Shown here piece by piece: positions 24,721 to 37,051 of a stretch of 64,000 bases of DNA. Numbering within the stretch: position 1 is the stretch's first letter; each line of letters begins with the position of its first letter. The position numbers and the translations under genes are program-made. The DNA is from Lytechinus pictus (Eukaryota), in contig NC_087248.1 in assembly GCF_037042905.1 (NCBI RefSeq), positions 22,134,001-22,198,000 of the forward strand, written 5' to 3'. The notes below the pieces were generated by a model, which was given only the letters and a program-made list of their open reading frames with translations, was not told where the DNA came from and searched no databases.

Positions 24721-25693
24721 ATATATTTTCTGTGTTTTTTTACTTCTCCCTACGTCGCAGAGTGATCAACAACTCTCCATTCATCAGGCAGACCAACAAT
24801 CTGCGGGGTTCGAATTCTTTCACCAGTTTACTGCGCTCGATCTTCATTTTTTTTTTTTTTCATTCATTGAAATTCTTGCATCGTATTGTACCCATGCACG
24901 GTCAACCATGCATGCCTTGCGAGAGGACGAAGCGTTGTCAAGTAGTGACGGAGTTGCTAGGAAACAATGAGATAGGCATGTTTGGTATTAAAGGAGCTGG
25001 ATGTTTTGTAATACTCCTTGGTGAAGTGTGGCACTTTCTTCGTAGTTACGGAAACGACAGAGATGAGGGCAGATCATATCTTTGCGGAAGGCTTTCCTAT
25101 CCCGGACGAGTGTACGTCGGGAGAGGTATTAAGGCCAGGGATTCGCACTGCTTTGTCAGGCAAGCTGTTTTGAAGTGGGATTTTGATAACCATTGACAGG
25201 TCGTGATGCATAACACTGGCGTGACATGAAAGTCAAGACGGACCGTGCAAGGACCAAGTTAAGAAGATAAAGATGTGAGTGACTAATTGTTATTTTATTC
25301 ATTGCGATCGGCAAGTGAAGGAGGATAGTGAAAAACGAGAGAAGATTGTGAAATTATTATTTTGTATGTCTATTATATAAAGGCTTGATCCCACTGCACT
25401 TACGGATGCAAAGCGGACGTGAAACGTAAAAAGAAATCTTGCCATCCGTTGAAAAACGCTATGCATCCGCTGCGTACTCATTGCATACGTGTTGCATACG
25501 CTCTATATCCATCGAGCGTCCGTCCACTGTGTTTTCATTTGTTCACCAATTGTATTCCTTTTCTGGAGCGGATGAAAATGGATGGAGCCAGCCCGAAATT
25601 GAGCCTTGCTCATCAAGGACTCACTGCAGCTATCGTAGCCTCTACGATTATGTGTGAAGTTTGAAAAATGCTTTAAATACATATATATATATA

Positions 25694-25832
25694 ATGTAAG
25701 GGGGTACTCAGCACAACGAGTAGTGCAGGTACTCATAATTTAGTGTATATATTTCTTTGTAGGCCTGACGAAGGCCGATGATGGCCGAAAGCTTGCAATA
25801 AAAAAGGAAACCTAAGAACTACGTCTCACTCG
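25694..25832 (+). mobile_element. Penelope-like pseudo-LTR fragment with minimal hammerhead ribozyme core, inserted in (TA)n
   Basis: CTGACGA-A-GGCC-GATGAT-GGCC-GAAA-GCTT (25765-25794) followed by AATAAA, with (TA)n on both sides. Confidence 0.65.

Positions 25833-25890
<58 letters not shown>
25833..25890. repeat. (TA)n microsatellite
   Basis: Directly visible. Confidence 0.95.
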
Positions 25891-25891
<1 letters not shown>

Positions 25892-28339
25892 CATTGTATA
25901 AAGTCCTAGCCTATAGACTTGTGGTAGAGCGTGAAGTAGAAGTAGGATCTTCAGAGCACCTTACGAAGGTTGCGCTGATCGTACACTGGTCGTAGGGTTT
26001 GGGGTAGTACACAAAATCCTACGGAATTCGCAAGCTAAGGTCTCTGAACAATCTGAATACAAAATCGTACGGAAAAACAGGAATGTGATAGGTGGCAATA
26101 GACTATAGTGGTGGTTTCACGGTTCTTTTTACGAACTCTGCGCAACATGTACAACCAAGCCCAAGTATCCGCTAAATTCGTTGTATGAACACATAGACCG
26201 CACCCATATACGACACCTCCAAAATTGAAGATGAAGTTATCGTATAACGTCTGCAGACAGAATAAGTCAATCGTCTATTGCGATAACCGTTATGTTTTTC
26301 AACGTAAGCGCATTTATACCAAAAAAAAAGAACTTCGGCATTTTTTGTTCATTCTTCAACGCTTTCGATGACTTGAAAATTAACTAAATTCGAATACTAG
26401 TACGATTTTCTGAAATTCCCCAATTCAAATCAAAATCTCCCTATCGACTATGCAATATTCTCCCTTTATCCATGCGATAAATCATCCCGTCCCTTCCCTC
26501 TTCTCTTCTCTTTTCTTCTAATCTCCCTCTCACACACTCCCCCTTTTCTCTTTTCTTTGTCTCCCCCCCCCCCTATCATCTCTCTTTCTCACTCAAGTAC
26601 CCTGTCCATTTCATAAGGCTTCACATAAATTGCTCCTTTCCTGAGATGCATTTTAGTAAAGTTTTGTTCTTGTTTCAATATTTGTGAAAAAAGTGCAATG
26701 AGTAGACTTGCCACTTGAAGCAAGGATTGCATTTATGACCCCTCCCCTATTCTGCGTCAAATTTCTTTTAAATTCGTATCTGAAAATATCTGAACATTGT
26801 GTGTCTGCAATGAATAAAATAGATTATAATGCCATCATTTGACCCACCGTAAGTTTGTTATCATCGTGACTTTTCCCAAATTCAAAGGCAGTGCTTGAAT
26901 CACTGTCATAATTATGTCACATCCTGATCAAATAATTTCTCGAACTGGAAAACAATTGTCTCAAGCCGAGCAACAGGTGCATCTAATTTAATTCTAGATT
27001 TTCTTTCAGCAATATTATATATGCCATTGTCTGTGACTTACAAACAACTGCACCACTTTTATGATGACGTAATCATCCGAATTAATCATGGATTACCCGT
27101 GAGTAATAATTGCTCATTAGGAAAATATAATGTAGCCTTTGTTATAGGATTTTTATATAACGTGCTTTTATTATTAAAATGTTGATTATTTTTACTCAAA
27201 ATTACTTCTTTAATGAATAGGTGCATGCAAAATTAATTATAAGTTATATGAACATCATGCAATGTTTCTTTTTACAATATTCTTTTAAAAGATACACAAA
27301 TTTTAATATTACGAATTTTTCATTATTGCATAAACCATTTTGTGGTAATTATCAAAATTTCCTCGTGGTTTAAAACTGAATAACATATGTAGATATCGTG
27401 GACTATCACATTTCTTTTCCATTCTGCAACAGTACTAACTTGCAGTTTTTGTGTATTTATTTATTCCATATTTTATATCTGCATTCCTCTGTGAATAGCT
27501 GTGAAGTTATGTTATTGCAGAGATCCACTGTCAATCGATTTGATATAGAAAGTGGATGCCATCTGCAAATTTATCTGAAATGAAATAAAGCAAATCAAGA
27601 ACCTTTATACTTGATTAAAATTGATTGGTTGCTTGATTTATGTATTGATTGTCGATTTAGTGCTTGGTTGATGGATTGGTTTATCGCTCGATCGCGAGCG
27701 ATCGTTCGATTAATTGGTTGGATTGATTTTTTTGGGTTAAAAAACTTCTGTCGTCATTTGGTTTTATTTGCATTTTGGTTCTCTTGATACATTTAAGATA
27801 TCGCTTTCATGAATAACTATCATATTTCGGTTAAATTTTTCTTCAACTCTCAATAGTTTTCCAAAGTTTTATTTTCCCCATGAAACACCTTAGAGTATAT
27901 TGATAAAAGCAAGAGAGAGATAATCAATGAGAGCTTGAGAAAAATAAAGGTTATTAACTTTTTTTGTTTTTTGACGTCACGTGCAAAGGAGATTCCTCGG
28001 ACGTCATGTAACATTGATATTTCCCTTCGCAATGGTTCATGATGACGTGAAATAACATGTTTAGTGATACACTGAATGAACAAGTGAAATCCATTCTTAC
28101 CTTCTAAGAGGTGTGCTTGCATGTGACGTCACAAAATTAGAATTTCCGAAATCAATTTTGTAATTCTTTTGGTATAGGTTTTCGCATAACTTCATGAGTA
28201 TGTTTCTTCCACATTCTTTCTTTAAAGCAATCTAGATGTCAATGTGGACTTCCCCTTTAAAAACATTACGGTCTTTTTCCGTCAGGGCAAGACGGTCTAA
28301 AAGTACTTGCCTGTTCGGGCAATCATCTCAACGTTTTAA

Positions 28340-29275
28340 GGACGTTCCACAGTTATGTTTGTGCGCATTATGATCTGCGCATAGTTTACACTCTGCGCGC
28401 TGACGTCACAATGGATGAACAGGTGATTAATTAGCTGCGGGTATGAGCTGATTTTTCTCATCTTCTGCACTTTAACTGCAGATCCGATGTGTTATTTCAT
28501 GAAGCTATAAAGTGGAATTATTCCATGGACCATTCAAAAAAACATTCTCTACAATTTCAAAATACTTTACTCTGCAGTGCTGCCAAGAATCACGAATATT
28601 ACCCCGAGTTTGAATAAATGGTTGAGTGGTTTTGATTTTTTCTTCACATAGATACAAAGCATTCGGCGCATTTTTGGTGTTTTAAAAAGCACATTTGCTC
28701 TAATAAAAATGCTGATAGTTTAAAAACAAGCACATGAACCCCTATTTTTTAATGTTTGTACCGCTTAGGTATACCTTCCTCTACAACTCTGCAAATTTTG
28801 GTGAAAATGACATGGATTTTTAATAAAGTGCAGCATTTATTGTACGTTTGTAGTTTGTAACTGAAATTTCACGTTTTTTAGATTGGGATTTTGTTATCTT
28901 TTATGCAATTTTTAAGAAATGGCAGTGCTGTTAAACTTAAAATTGCAAATAAATAGCACTATAAATAGATTCTCCATTCTAACGATACAATTATTAACTC
29001 TCTTGCGAAATTTGATGACTTTTTCATGTATTTTGACTGAGTAATAGAGGTTTAAACTCATTGTAGTAATCTTGGGTGGTCTAAAAATGCCAAATTCTTT
29101 TGAATGCGCAATTTTTAAGAACATCAATTTGGGTGAACTTTGAAGCTCTATAGCAAAAAATCAAGCACATGGACCTATGTTAATTTTTGCATATTTCGAA
29201 TATTAAGGTTCTAAAGTATCTATGTGCAAAGTTTGGTGAAAATGACATGGATTTCACTTTAACTGTGGAACGTCC
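28340..29275. mobile_element. Non-autonomous Kolobok-like DNA transposon (TTAA TSD)
   Basis: TTAA|GGACGTTCCACAGTTA ... TAACTGTGGAACGTCC|TTAA, a perfect 16-bp TIR. Internal direct repeat TTTGGTGAAAATGACATGGATTT at about 28797 and 29232. Confidence 0.85.
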
Positions 29276-29372
29276 TTAAGTAGAAGGTATTTAAACTCCT
29301 GATTGGGCATGACGTTGGTTATTTCCTCTGATTATTGAGTTCAACGAGCAAGGGGTTATGTGTTGGTATATA

Positions 29373-29732
29373 CTTTGGCGGATCCAGGGGGGCACAGCCG
29401 TCCCGTGCCCCCTTCCCCCTTTTGAGAGACAAAATGAAATACGTAAAGTAAAAATGCCGTTAAAACAGAAGTGTGCCCCCCCCCCCTTTGAAATTGAAGA
29501 CCTTTTTTTTATTTTGCTTGTCAAGTATTTTCGTGGACGAAATAGCCTAAATTTTTTGTTAAACCCTTTTTTTCTTTATTTTTTTTTTTTGCTTGTCAAA
29601 TTTTTTCATGGACGAAATCTCCTTAACGTTTGGTTAAAACCCTTTTTTGTTGGTTTTTTTTTTTTGCTTAAATTTTTCCTCGGGAAAATGTGCCCCCCCC
29701 CCCCCTTTCGAAAAATCCTGGATCCACCCCTG
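29373..29732. mobile_element. hAT-like MITE
   Basis: TGGCGGATCC / GGATCCACCCCTG with flanks GGTATATA / GGTATAAT. Same family as 14401-14619. Confidence 0.7.
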
Positions 29733-31487
29733 GGTATAATACACTGACTGAATATCTGAGGTGGATTAAAAGGAAAGAGAAATTAAATGAAAGAGAGGAA
29801 GATTATTTCCTTCAGCATGTCTAGTCCAATAAGCAAGAGGCTATATGCTGGTAAACATTGACTAAATAAATGAAGTGGATGAAAAGGAAGAGAAAATTGA
29901 AGCGAGCGAGAGAGAGAAAGATATTTCCTGTATGCCTGTTTGTTGGAGGTCAAAGGGCAAGATGCATTATATATACATGTAATTCTGCTGGTAAGTATTG
30001 ACTGAATAACTGAAGTGGATGATAAGGAAGGAAATAAAGAGAAAGAAAGAGGGAGAAAAGAGGGCTGGACGATGACTGCATGGGAGAGGGAGAGAGGAAG
30101 GGAGGAGAGAGAAAAATATAATGAAAGAGAAAATGAAAAAGAGTGAGAGAGGGGAAGGAAAGAGGAAGATTGGAAAGATAGGAGAAAAATAAAGAGACTG
30201 GAGATATTAGGAGAATGGAGAAAGCGAGAGAGCGAAGCAACAGAGAAAGGTCAAGAAAGGCAGATAGGCAAACTATAATTATGAAACTGCAGGGGCGTCG
30301 TGACTTCATGAACGGGTTATAGGATGTATAAATATACTCCATGTCTATTGACAAGGCATTAATCCGAATTCGCCACACTCTACCTATGAATAATGAACTT
30401 GGTAGGAGTCATATTGCTAAATTATTATGACAGGCTTACGTTTTCTCGATTAAAGCAAGGGTAATGAATATGTATTATCAATTTGGCATGAGGGAGATAG
30501 TATAGAAGACAGCACCCTCTTTACAAAAAATGATAAATGATAATTTACAGAGCGCTTATTATAAATAAATGTTTCTAAGCACCTTACATTGCAAATGTTT
30601 TACATTGTATTTACATTTAAAATTTACTCAAATTTGTTTCTCCAATTGGCCAGATTTGTCATCTTTGCATATAGTAAGCCTGGAAATCATATATAATATA
30701 ATTAAAATCAAATTTATTCAATATATTAAGTTGATCAGTATCATCAATAAATAATTCCTTTCTCGAAAGAAGTCCCTCTCGTTGTGAAGCATGCCTTTTA
30801 AGCATTGACATTTTGTGCATACTTAAAACAAAATCTTCTCTCGATTTCTGCACAATCAATTTTCTTATAAGTATTACACCGTCTTCAACGGTTTCGTCAA
30901 GTATAATAATTACAAGGAAATTTTCGGGAAGAAAAATAAGTCATGAAGGCTTATTGCGGGCTTATTGAGCTATGTGTCGTCACCTTAGTAAGCTTTCCGT
31001 ATCGAAAATCAATCTTGCAAATTTGAAGTGATTATGGACACGATTTTGTCTGCGCGCCAATTTGGCAGCTATCTTATCTCATCCCGACAATCGCTAGATT
31101 GACATTAGAAAGATCGAAAAATGGGAGATGTACCCCCCACACTTTGTACCTGTCTCTATCTCTCCTTAACAACCCCCCCCCCCTTCCCCTCTTTCTACAT
31201 CTCTCTCTCTCTCTCTCTCTCTATTTCTCTCTCTCTTTCTGTCTATCTCCCGGATGTGAGTTTCAATATGTATTTTTTAAGAGTTAATTTTTGCAGAGTA
31301 ATAACTAATTACTAGTCTTATTCAATCGAGTTCTTATAATTACATTGATATTAATTTAGATGTACATTTTATGAAATGTTTTGCTTCATAATATTGTTTT
31401 CAGTCAACTCCAATCCATTATCATTATTATAATCATTAATTACATCCAAACTGCTCAACCGTCCATCACAAACTCTAATTATAAGAG

Positions 31488-31679
31488 AAAGGTTTCACCC
31501 AAAATGTAAGGTCATTTAGTCCAAAATACATGTATTATTTCGATTGTGAATGATGTGTTTTTCTCCATCATAACAGATCAAAAAATAGTAGGTGGACATT
31601 TGATATTGTGTCCCCCTACTATTTTGAGTAGGGGGGCGCCCCCCCCCCTGTCCCCCCTACCCTGGGATTTCCGCCCATG
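31488..31679 (+). mobile_element. Solo right end of the hAT-like element seen at 1278-3131
   Basis: Closely matches 2938-3131 and ends GGGATTTCCGCCCATG. Confidence 0.75.
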
Positions 31680-34600
31680 ACCCCCAAAATAGAAAAACAA
31701 GATGCAAGACAAAGCATGATTATCTTAAAAATTATATACTTTATTCACTGATATGCTACTATACATCACTTCATAAAATACACCCAGTGGTAAAATAAAA
31801 CACTCTCATAAACTATGAAAATCATTTACAAAAATGATAAGTAATTTTGATTTAAAATTATACTCAATAGACTAAGTTGCATCGTTCGCACATCAAATAT
31901 ATAAAATGTAAATGAAACCGATAGAGCAATCATACAAACACAATCACATAAATCTTTCTGCAATTTGAGAACTTTTATATAAATACATTTTGAAAGTTCT
32001 TTAATAGAAAAGACTGACGAGATTTACCTTGTATACGAAAAGGCACGTATGATAAGAGTGATGTAAAACAAATATACTTATATTTATGAGGTAAAACATA
32101 TTTGTAATCAATGCCCATATATATATATCAAAATTTCATAAAGTATTCAGTATAATCACAATCATATAGATACAAATTAAATCCCCCCCCCCCCCAGTTG
32201 ATCAATGGTTGATCTCGAATTCGTAGTTACTAGGTGGGGGTACATTCTCTGGGGCAAAGATTTGACAAGCAACAGAAAAATGACCATCACCTCTTATGAT
32301 TTGCATTTTTTCCGCCCCCCCCCCAAAAAAAAAAAAAATAATAATAATAATAATAATAATAATAACCGCAAAAAAGAAAGATAAAAAAAATAATATTGGA
32401 GGTTTGGGCTGGTACTCCACCCCTCCCCGATCCACCACTGTTTGTAATTTCATAGAAATAATTCATTCATGACCATAACTGCGTGCCATAATTCATTCAG
32501 AGCGCAACTTGTGTAGCAACCAACTGTAATGCATTTCAACAAAAAACTTCGATACATCGATAAATAAGTAAAACCATCAGATGCGTAATATTCAGGATTA
32601 CCTAGAGATACACTGTAAAAAATGAAGTGCTACTTTATACTAGTCTTTGCACACAGACGACCAAGAGGGGGGGGGGGAGCGGGCGGGGGGGGCATGCACA
32701 GCCAGGCAGGGAGGGGGCATGGGTGGTGATTTGATTCAACTTTTCATTCGAATGTCAATCCGTTCAAATGCCAAGGAAGTCGACTTCCTCCTGCTCGTAA
32801 CCAACTCAGCCCTCTTGTTTCCGATTTCTGGAAGCTCCCCCTTTCCTGTGTCTATACCCTCTGTCTTCATCATTCCCCCATGCACCGATCCAGGGACAGC
32901 CCTCACCTCTACAGGGTGTCTCAAAAGAAATGGATTTCATGTTGCTATAATTATGAGTGCAAATAGATGAGGCACAGATCGGGCAAGGTAATCATCAAAT
33001 TTAATTATGTGGCGATTTATATGTGAGACATATACAGGATCGAGAGTTTTTTTATTATAATTTTCAGTCATTTTTCAGTGACAAGTTTTCTCTGACCTAA
33101 TCAGATGCAAGGATTTCGGTAGCTTATAACAATAGTCAGTGGAAATTTGTAAAATGAAATGCTCCCCCGATCGTCTAATAGAGAGAAGTTTTTACCGTCT
33201 TCACTTTTAAGTGACGCAAGCCATCATTAACTGTTTTACATGGTGTCTCAAAAGAAATGGATATTTCACTGTGCATCATTACAAATCAATGTACAGCGCT
33301 GCATCTGAACACAAATAATTACGTAAGTACTCCTTCAAACGTTTAACGGATGATGCTCGTAATATGATTTCGAATCTTACGGAAATCTTTCTTAAAGTTG
33401 TGATTAGACCTTTTTTTTTCCTTTATATAATTGCTTTTATCAATATCAATAAACTTCCCTGAAGAACTTTCAATTGAATATTTACCATCTTTATTTCCTC
33501 AGCGATCACTGGACAACACTAAAATGTATGTGATTTTTTTTGTCTGAAAAGAAGGACAGATTTATGTCTAATTACAAAGGCTCAACGCTTCTAGTACATG
33601 TAGTTCACTTCTAAAATTAATTCATTCCAAATGTAACAGTTTGGTGTGTATACTTTTCTAGTTTAGGTTTGTTTCTTTTAATTTATGATAACTCAGGAGT
33701 TTTTATACACAATTATGAGAGATTCGCGATAATGGCTCAAAATTCATCTCAATTATTCCTTTCACTGGTTTTTTATATGACACGGGAAATTAAGGCAGAT
33801 ATTTTCTTATAATCAATTTGTTTAATATTCCTTGTTTTGGTAACTAACAGGTACAAAGTCTAAATACAAAATAAAAATTATAACTTTTATACCACTGTAG
33901 ACAACTAATGATTGTCGGAAAGACAATGAATTAATGCCCCATGAAAGACAATCAAAACATTAAATAATTCGATCTAATTTGACATCCTGCAACATTGTGT
34001 GATTATCATGAGAAAATACAATAGTGTGTCAGCCTGTTACGCCAAGTTACAATTACTTAACATGGTTTTTATACAAATGTATTTTTCATTATTAATGCTA
34101 AATAAATACAGTATAGTATGCAGCGTGTACAACATCAAATTTAATGTTACAATAAATTGCTATGAGTTACTCTGACTGAAAATAAAAATACATTATTTCG
34201 TCGGTCATTTCTTCATCCGCACATGTATTATTGCCCACCTTGTCCTCATTAAAAATTATATAATTAATGTTAGGTCATAGGAGGGCCCTTATTTAAAACA
34301 TGAAATTCAAAAGAATAAAAAAAAATCCAATGTAAAGAAAGCCTATTCCGATTCAGCTTGATAATTATGATAGAAATCGTTATCAGATCAAACTGTAAAA
34401 AAACACAAATAAACAAACACCGTTTGAAACCCCCTGTCCTATATCCGAGACAGATACGACACCTGTTAAGGTAGCTTGCCCTTTTGATATAATAACAAAG
34501 TAATTTTCAAAGGGACGTAAGTCCTCATTTGATAAAAAGAAGAATTTGTCATTTTTATGCTCGTTTTTTCGGAAATTGGGAACTTCATGCACCATCAAAG

Positions 34601-35394
34601 AACATTAATCAATCTTGTTAATACATGAAGTGTAGAGATACTTGATATTCCTGTTCCCTTTGTCAAAATAATCGGCAAATTTGGGGCCATCTTTAAATTT
34701 CCATGAAAAATATATTTCTATATTTTTCTAGACATTGAAAAATAATGAATTAAGATTATCATTATGTTCATTATGAATTCGATCGGGGAAACTCAGTGCA
34801 ATCGTTCATCTGAGCTATCCAACTAATATTAATTACAGAAAAGGACAATTTGTGTCATTATTTGCATGTTTATGGTTCAAAATATAATTGTATCGACACA
34901 TTTCTCTTTTATGATTAATAACAGCAAATAATGTACAATTTTACCATTCCACTTGATAGAAGACATAAGAATGTGTCTCATGCTGATATTCATGTCTTAA
35001 TAGTTTAATAGAGGGATTATGTCAAATTACTCGAAATGGCGCAGAGACAAGACGAAAGAACCACCTCCATGTTGGAGTGTCACCATTGAAATCGTAAAAC
35101 AAGCTAAAAATGTTGTCTTTACAAATTCTTTACATGTTCAACCGATTAAATTTCCTATGTGATATCTATATTTGAAGAAAAGTATAACCTAAAATTGTCA
35201 AGCATTAATACCCCCCGAAAAAGTATCATCGTCTTTCTCAGTATAGATAAGGTGCACTATTTAAAAAGAAAATAATACATAACCCCCTGAAATTAAAAAA
35301 GTATTTTAGCACCTTTTGAGGGGAAAAAATCTCTTCGTGGATCAATGATAGGTCAGGTGTTAGCTATGATGACCATGGCCAAAACATAAGGTCT

Positions 35395-35830
35395 GTCGTC
35401 ACACTTTCAAATTCATCAGAAAAAGCTGACAAGTGTACTAGGATAATAAATTGCATCCACGTGCATACACCTGTAAAAGGGTCAATTGTTATTAATCATT
35501 TGTCTTAGTCATGTGATATCGTGTGCTTCATAGCGTGAACAAGTAACACATGAGGAACGTCAAAATAGATGAAATGAAAAAAAAAATTTGGTTGTAAGAG
35601 CTTTGGACCATTTTGGGAAACGCACTATAAAAATGACAACGCTTTCAAATTCATCAGAAAAATCTGACAAGTGTACAATGACAATTAATTGCATCCACGT
35701 TGCATACACTTGTATTATTAGCCATTTAATGTTGTGTGCTTGTAGCGTAAACAAGTGACACATGACGAAAGAAATTAAATGTGAAAGTTATATTCCTGGC
35801 TGTAAGCGCTTTGGACCATTTTGGGAAAAT
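35395..35830 (+). repeat. Diverged ~210-240 bp tandem duplication
   Basis: CTTTCAAATTCATCAGAAAAA..TTGCATCCACG at 35403 and 35642; GCTTTGGACCATTTTGGGAAA at about 35600 and 35808. Confidence 0.75.
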
Positions 35831-37051
35831 GTAGTATAAAATAATTAATGATAATAATGATTATGATAAAAGTTAAAAGATTAACCAAAATAATGAAAGA
35901 AATTGCGGAAACTGGTGAGAGTTTAATATTATTGTTTAGTTCAACAATTGATAGAGGATTAGCATTGGCATCAAATGTGATCAAAACGTGATCAAATCTT
36001 TACATGCTAAACTAACCTTAGACTGGTTAAAGAAACATTCTCAAATAAATATCCTTCGTAACGAAATTTATTTCTATATTAATTTTTTGCATCATTTTTT
36101 TTCATGTCCAAGCATCTTTTGGCAGTTACTTTTAAGAATATTCAATACTGTATGTTATCTAATCTATCAAAACCGCAGTGGTGTTTTTTCCCTTGAATCT
36201 TTCATAAAATCAAGATTATTTATTATCCCTTTTCTATATTATCCTGCAATATTTTGTGGAAAACTATCATAATTTGTGTCGGGCTTTGAAGAATAGTCTG
36301 AAAATGAAAATACATAAGATTCTTTTTAGATTAATGAAGAGCACTCACTCGTGGACTTCAGTGTAGAAAAAAAAACTTAAAATAACGTCACTATTCAACC
36401 TGTACAATATTATTTACACCGATTTATACAAAGTTTACATGTTTGACACACCAGAAATAGAAATAACGATTCAAAATGTCTTGTCACTATGACAAAATCT
36501 ATATCCCGCTTAATACGTTTTGAACAGATTGAACGCTCTGTCCGCAAATTGTACTTTCTGGGAGAATTTCAACAGGATAAGCGCTTCTAAGATCAGTTGC
36601 TACTCGTACTTCATTGGCTTTGATTCCTTTACCATGTACCCGTTCAAAACATGGCAAAATGTAGATTGACTTCTTGTCAAATGACGCTAGTGCCGCGACG
36701 GGTTTCGAACACACGACCATCTAATTGCAAGGCAAGAGTAAGAACCTTTACTCCACGACACGTCCACTATTACCTATTCTTTTCTGGATGAAACCTAATG
36801 AATTAAGCACCTTGTTCCAGATTTATATAACTAATGTAAGGCATCTCAATGATGTTCCAAACTGGTTGAACAAGTATAGAACTTCATTTTTTCTGCAGCA
36901 GCCGACTAGAATTCAATACTGCAGCACAGTGTGTAATATCCAACTCCAATAAACTGCAAAAACATCACGTATTTGTCTCACGTTTCGGGCTACCAATAGG
37001 CCCTGATAGAGAGGAGTTGTTTTCGATGTTCAACTGAATACCTCTTTACGA

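Noticed and set aside
7100-31000. Synapsin host-gene exons around the TIMP-like genes (TIMPs are often nested in synapsin introns)
   Set aside because: I found no synapsin-like exons on either strand in the window.
32736-32924. GC-richer 62-aa minus-strand ORF as a possible extra exon
   Set aside because: It has no recognisable homology, I cannot link it to a donor in the Ig gene, and it abuts a Tc1/mariner-like end (CAGGGTGTCTCAAAA).
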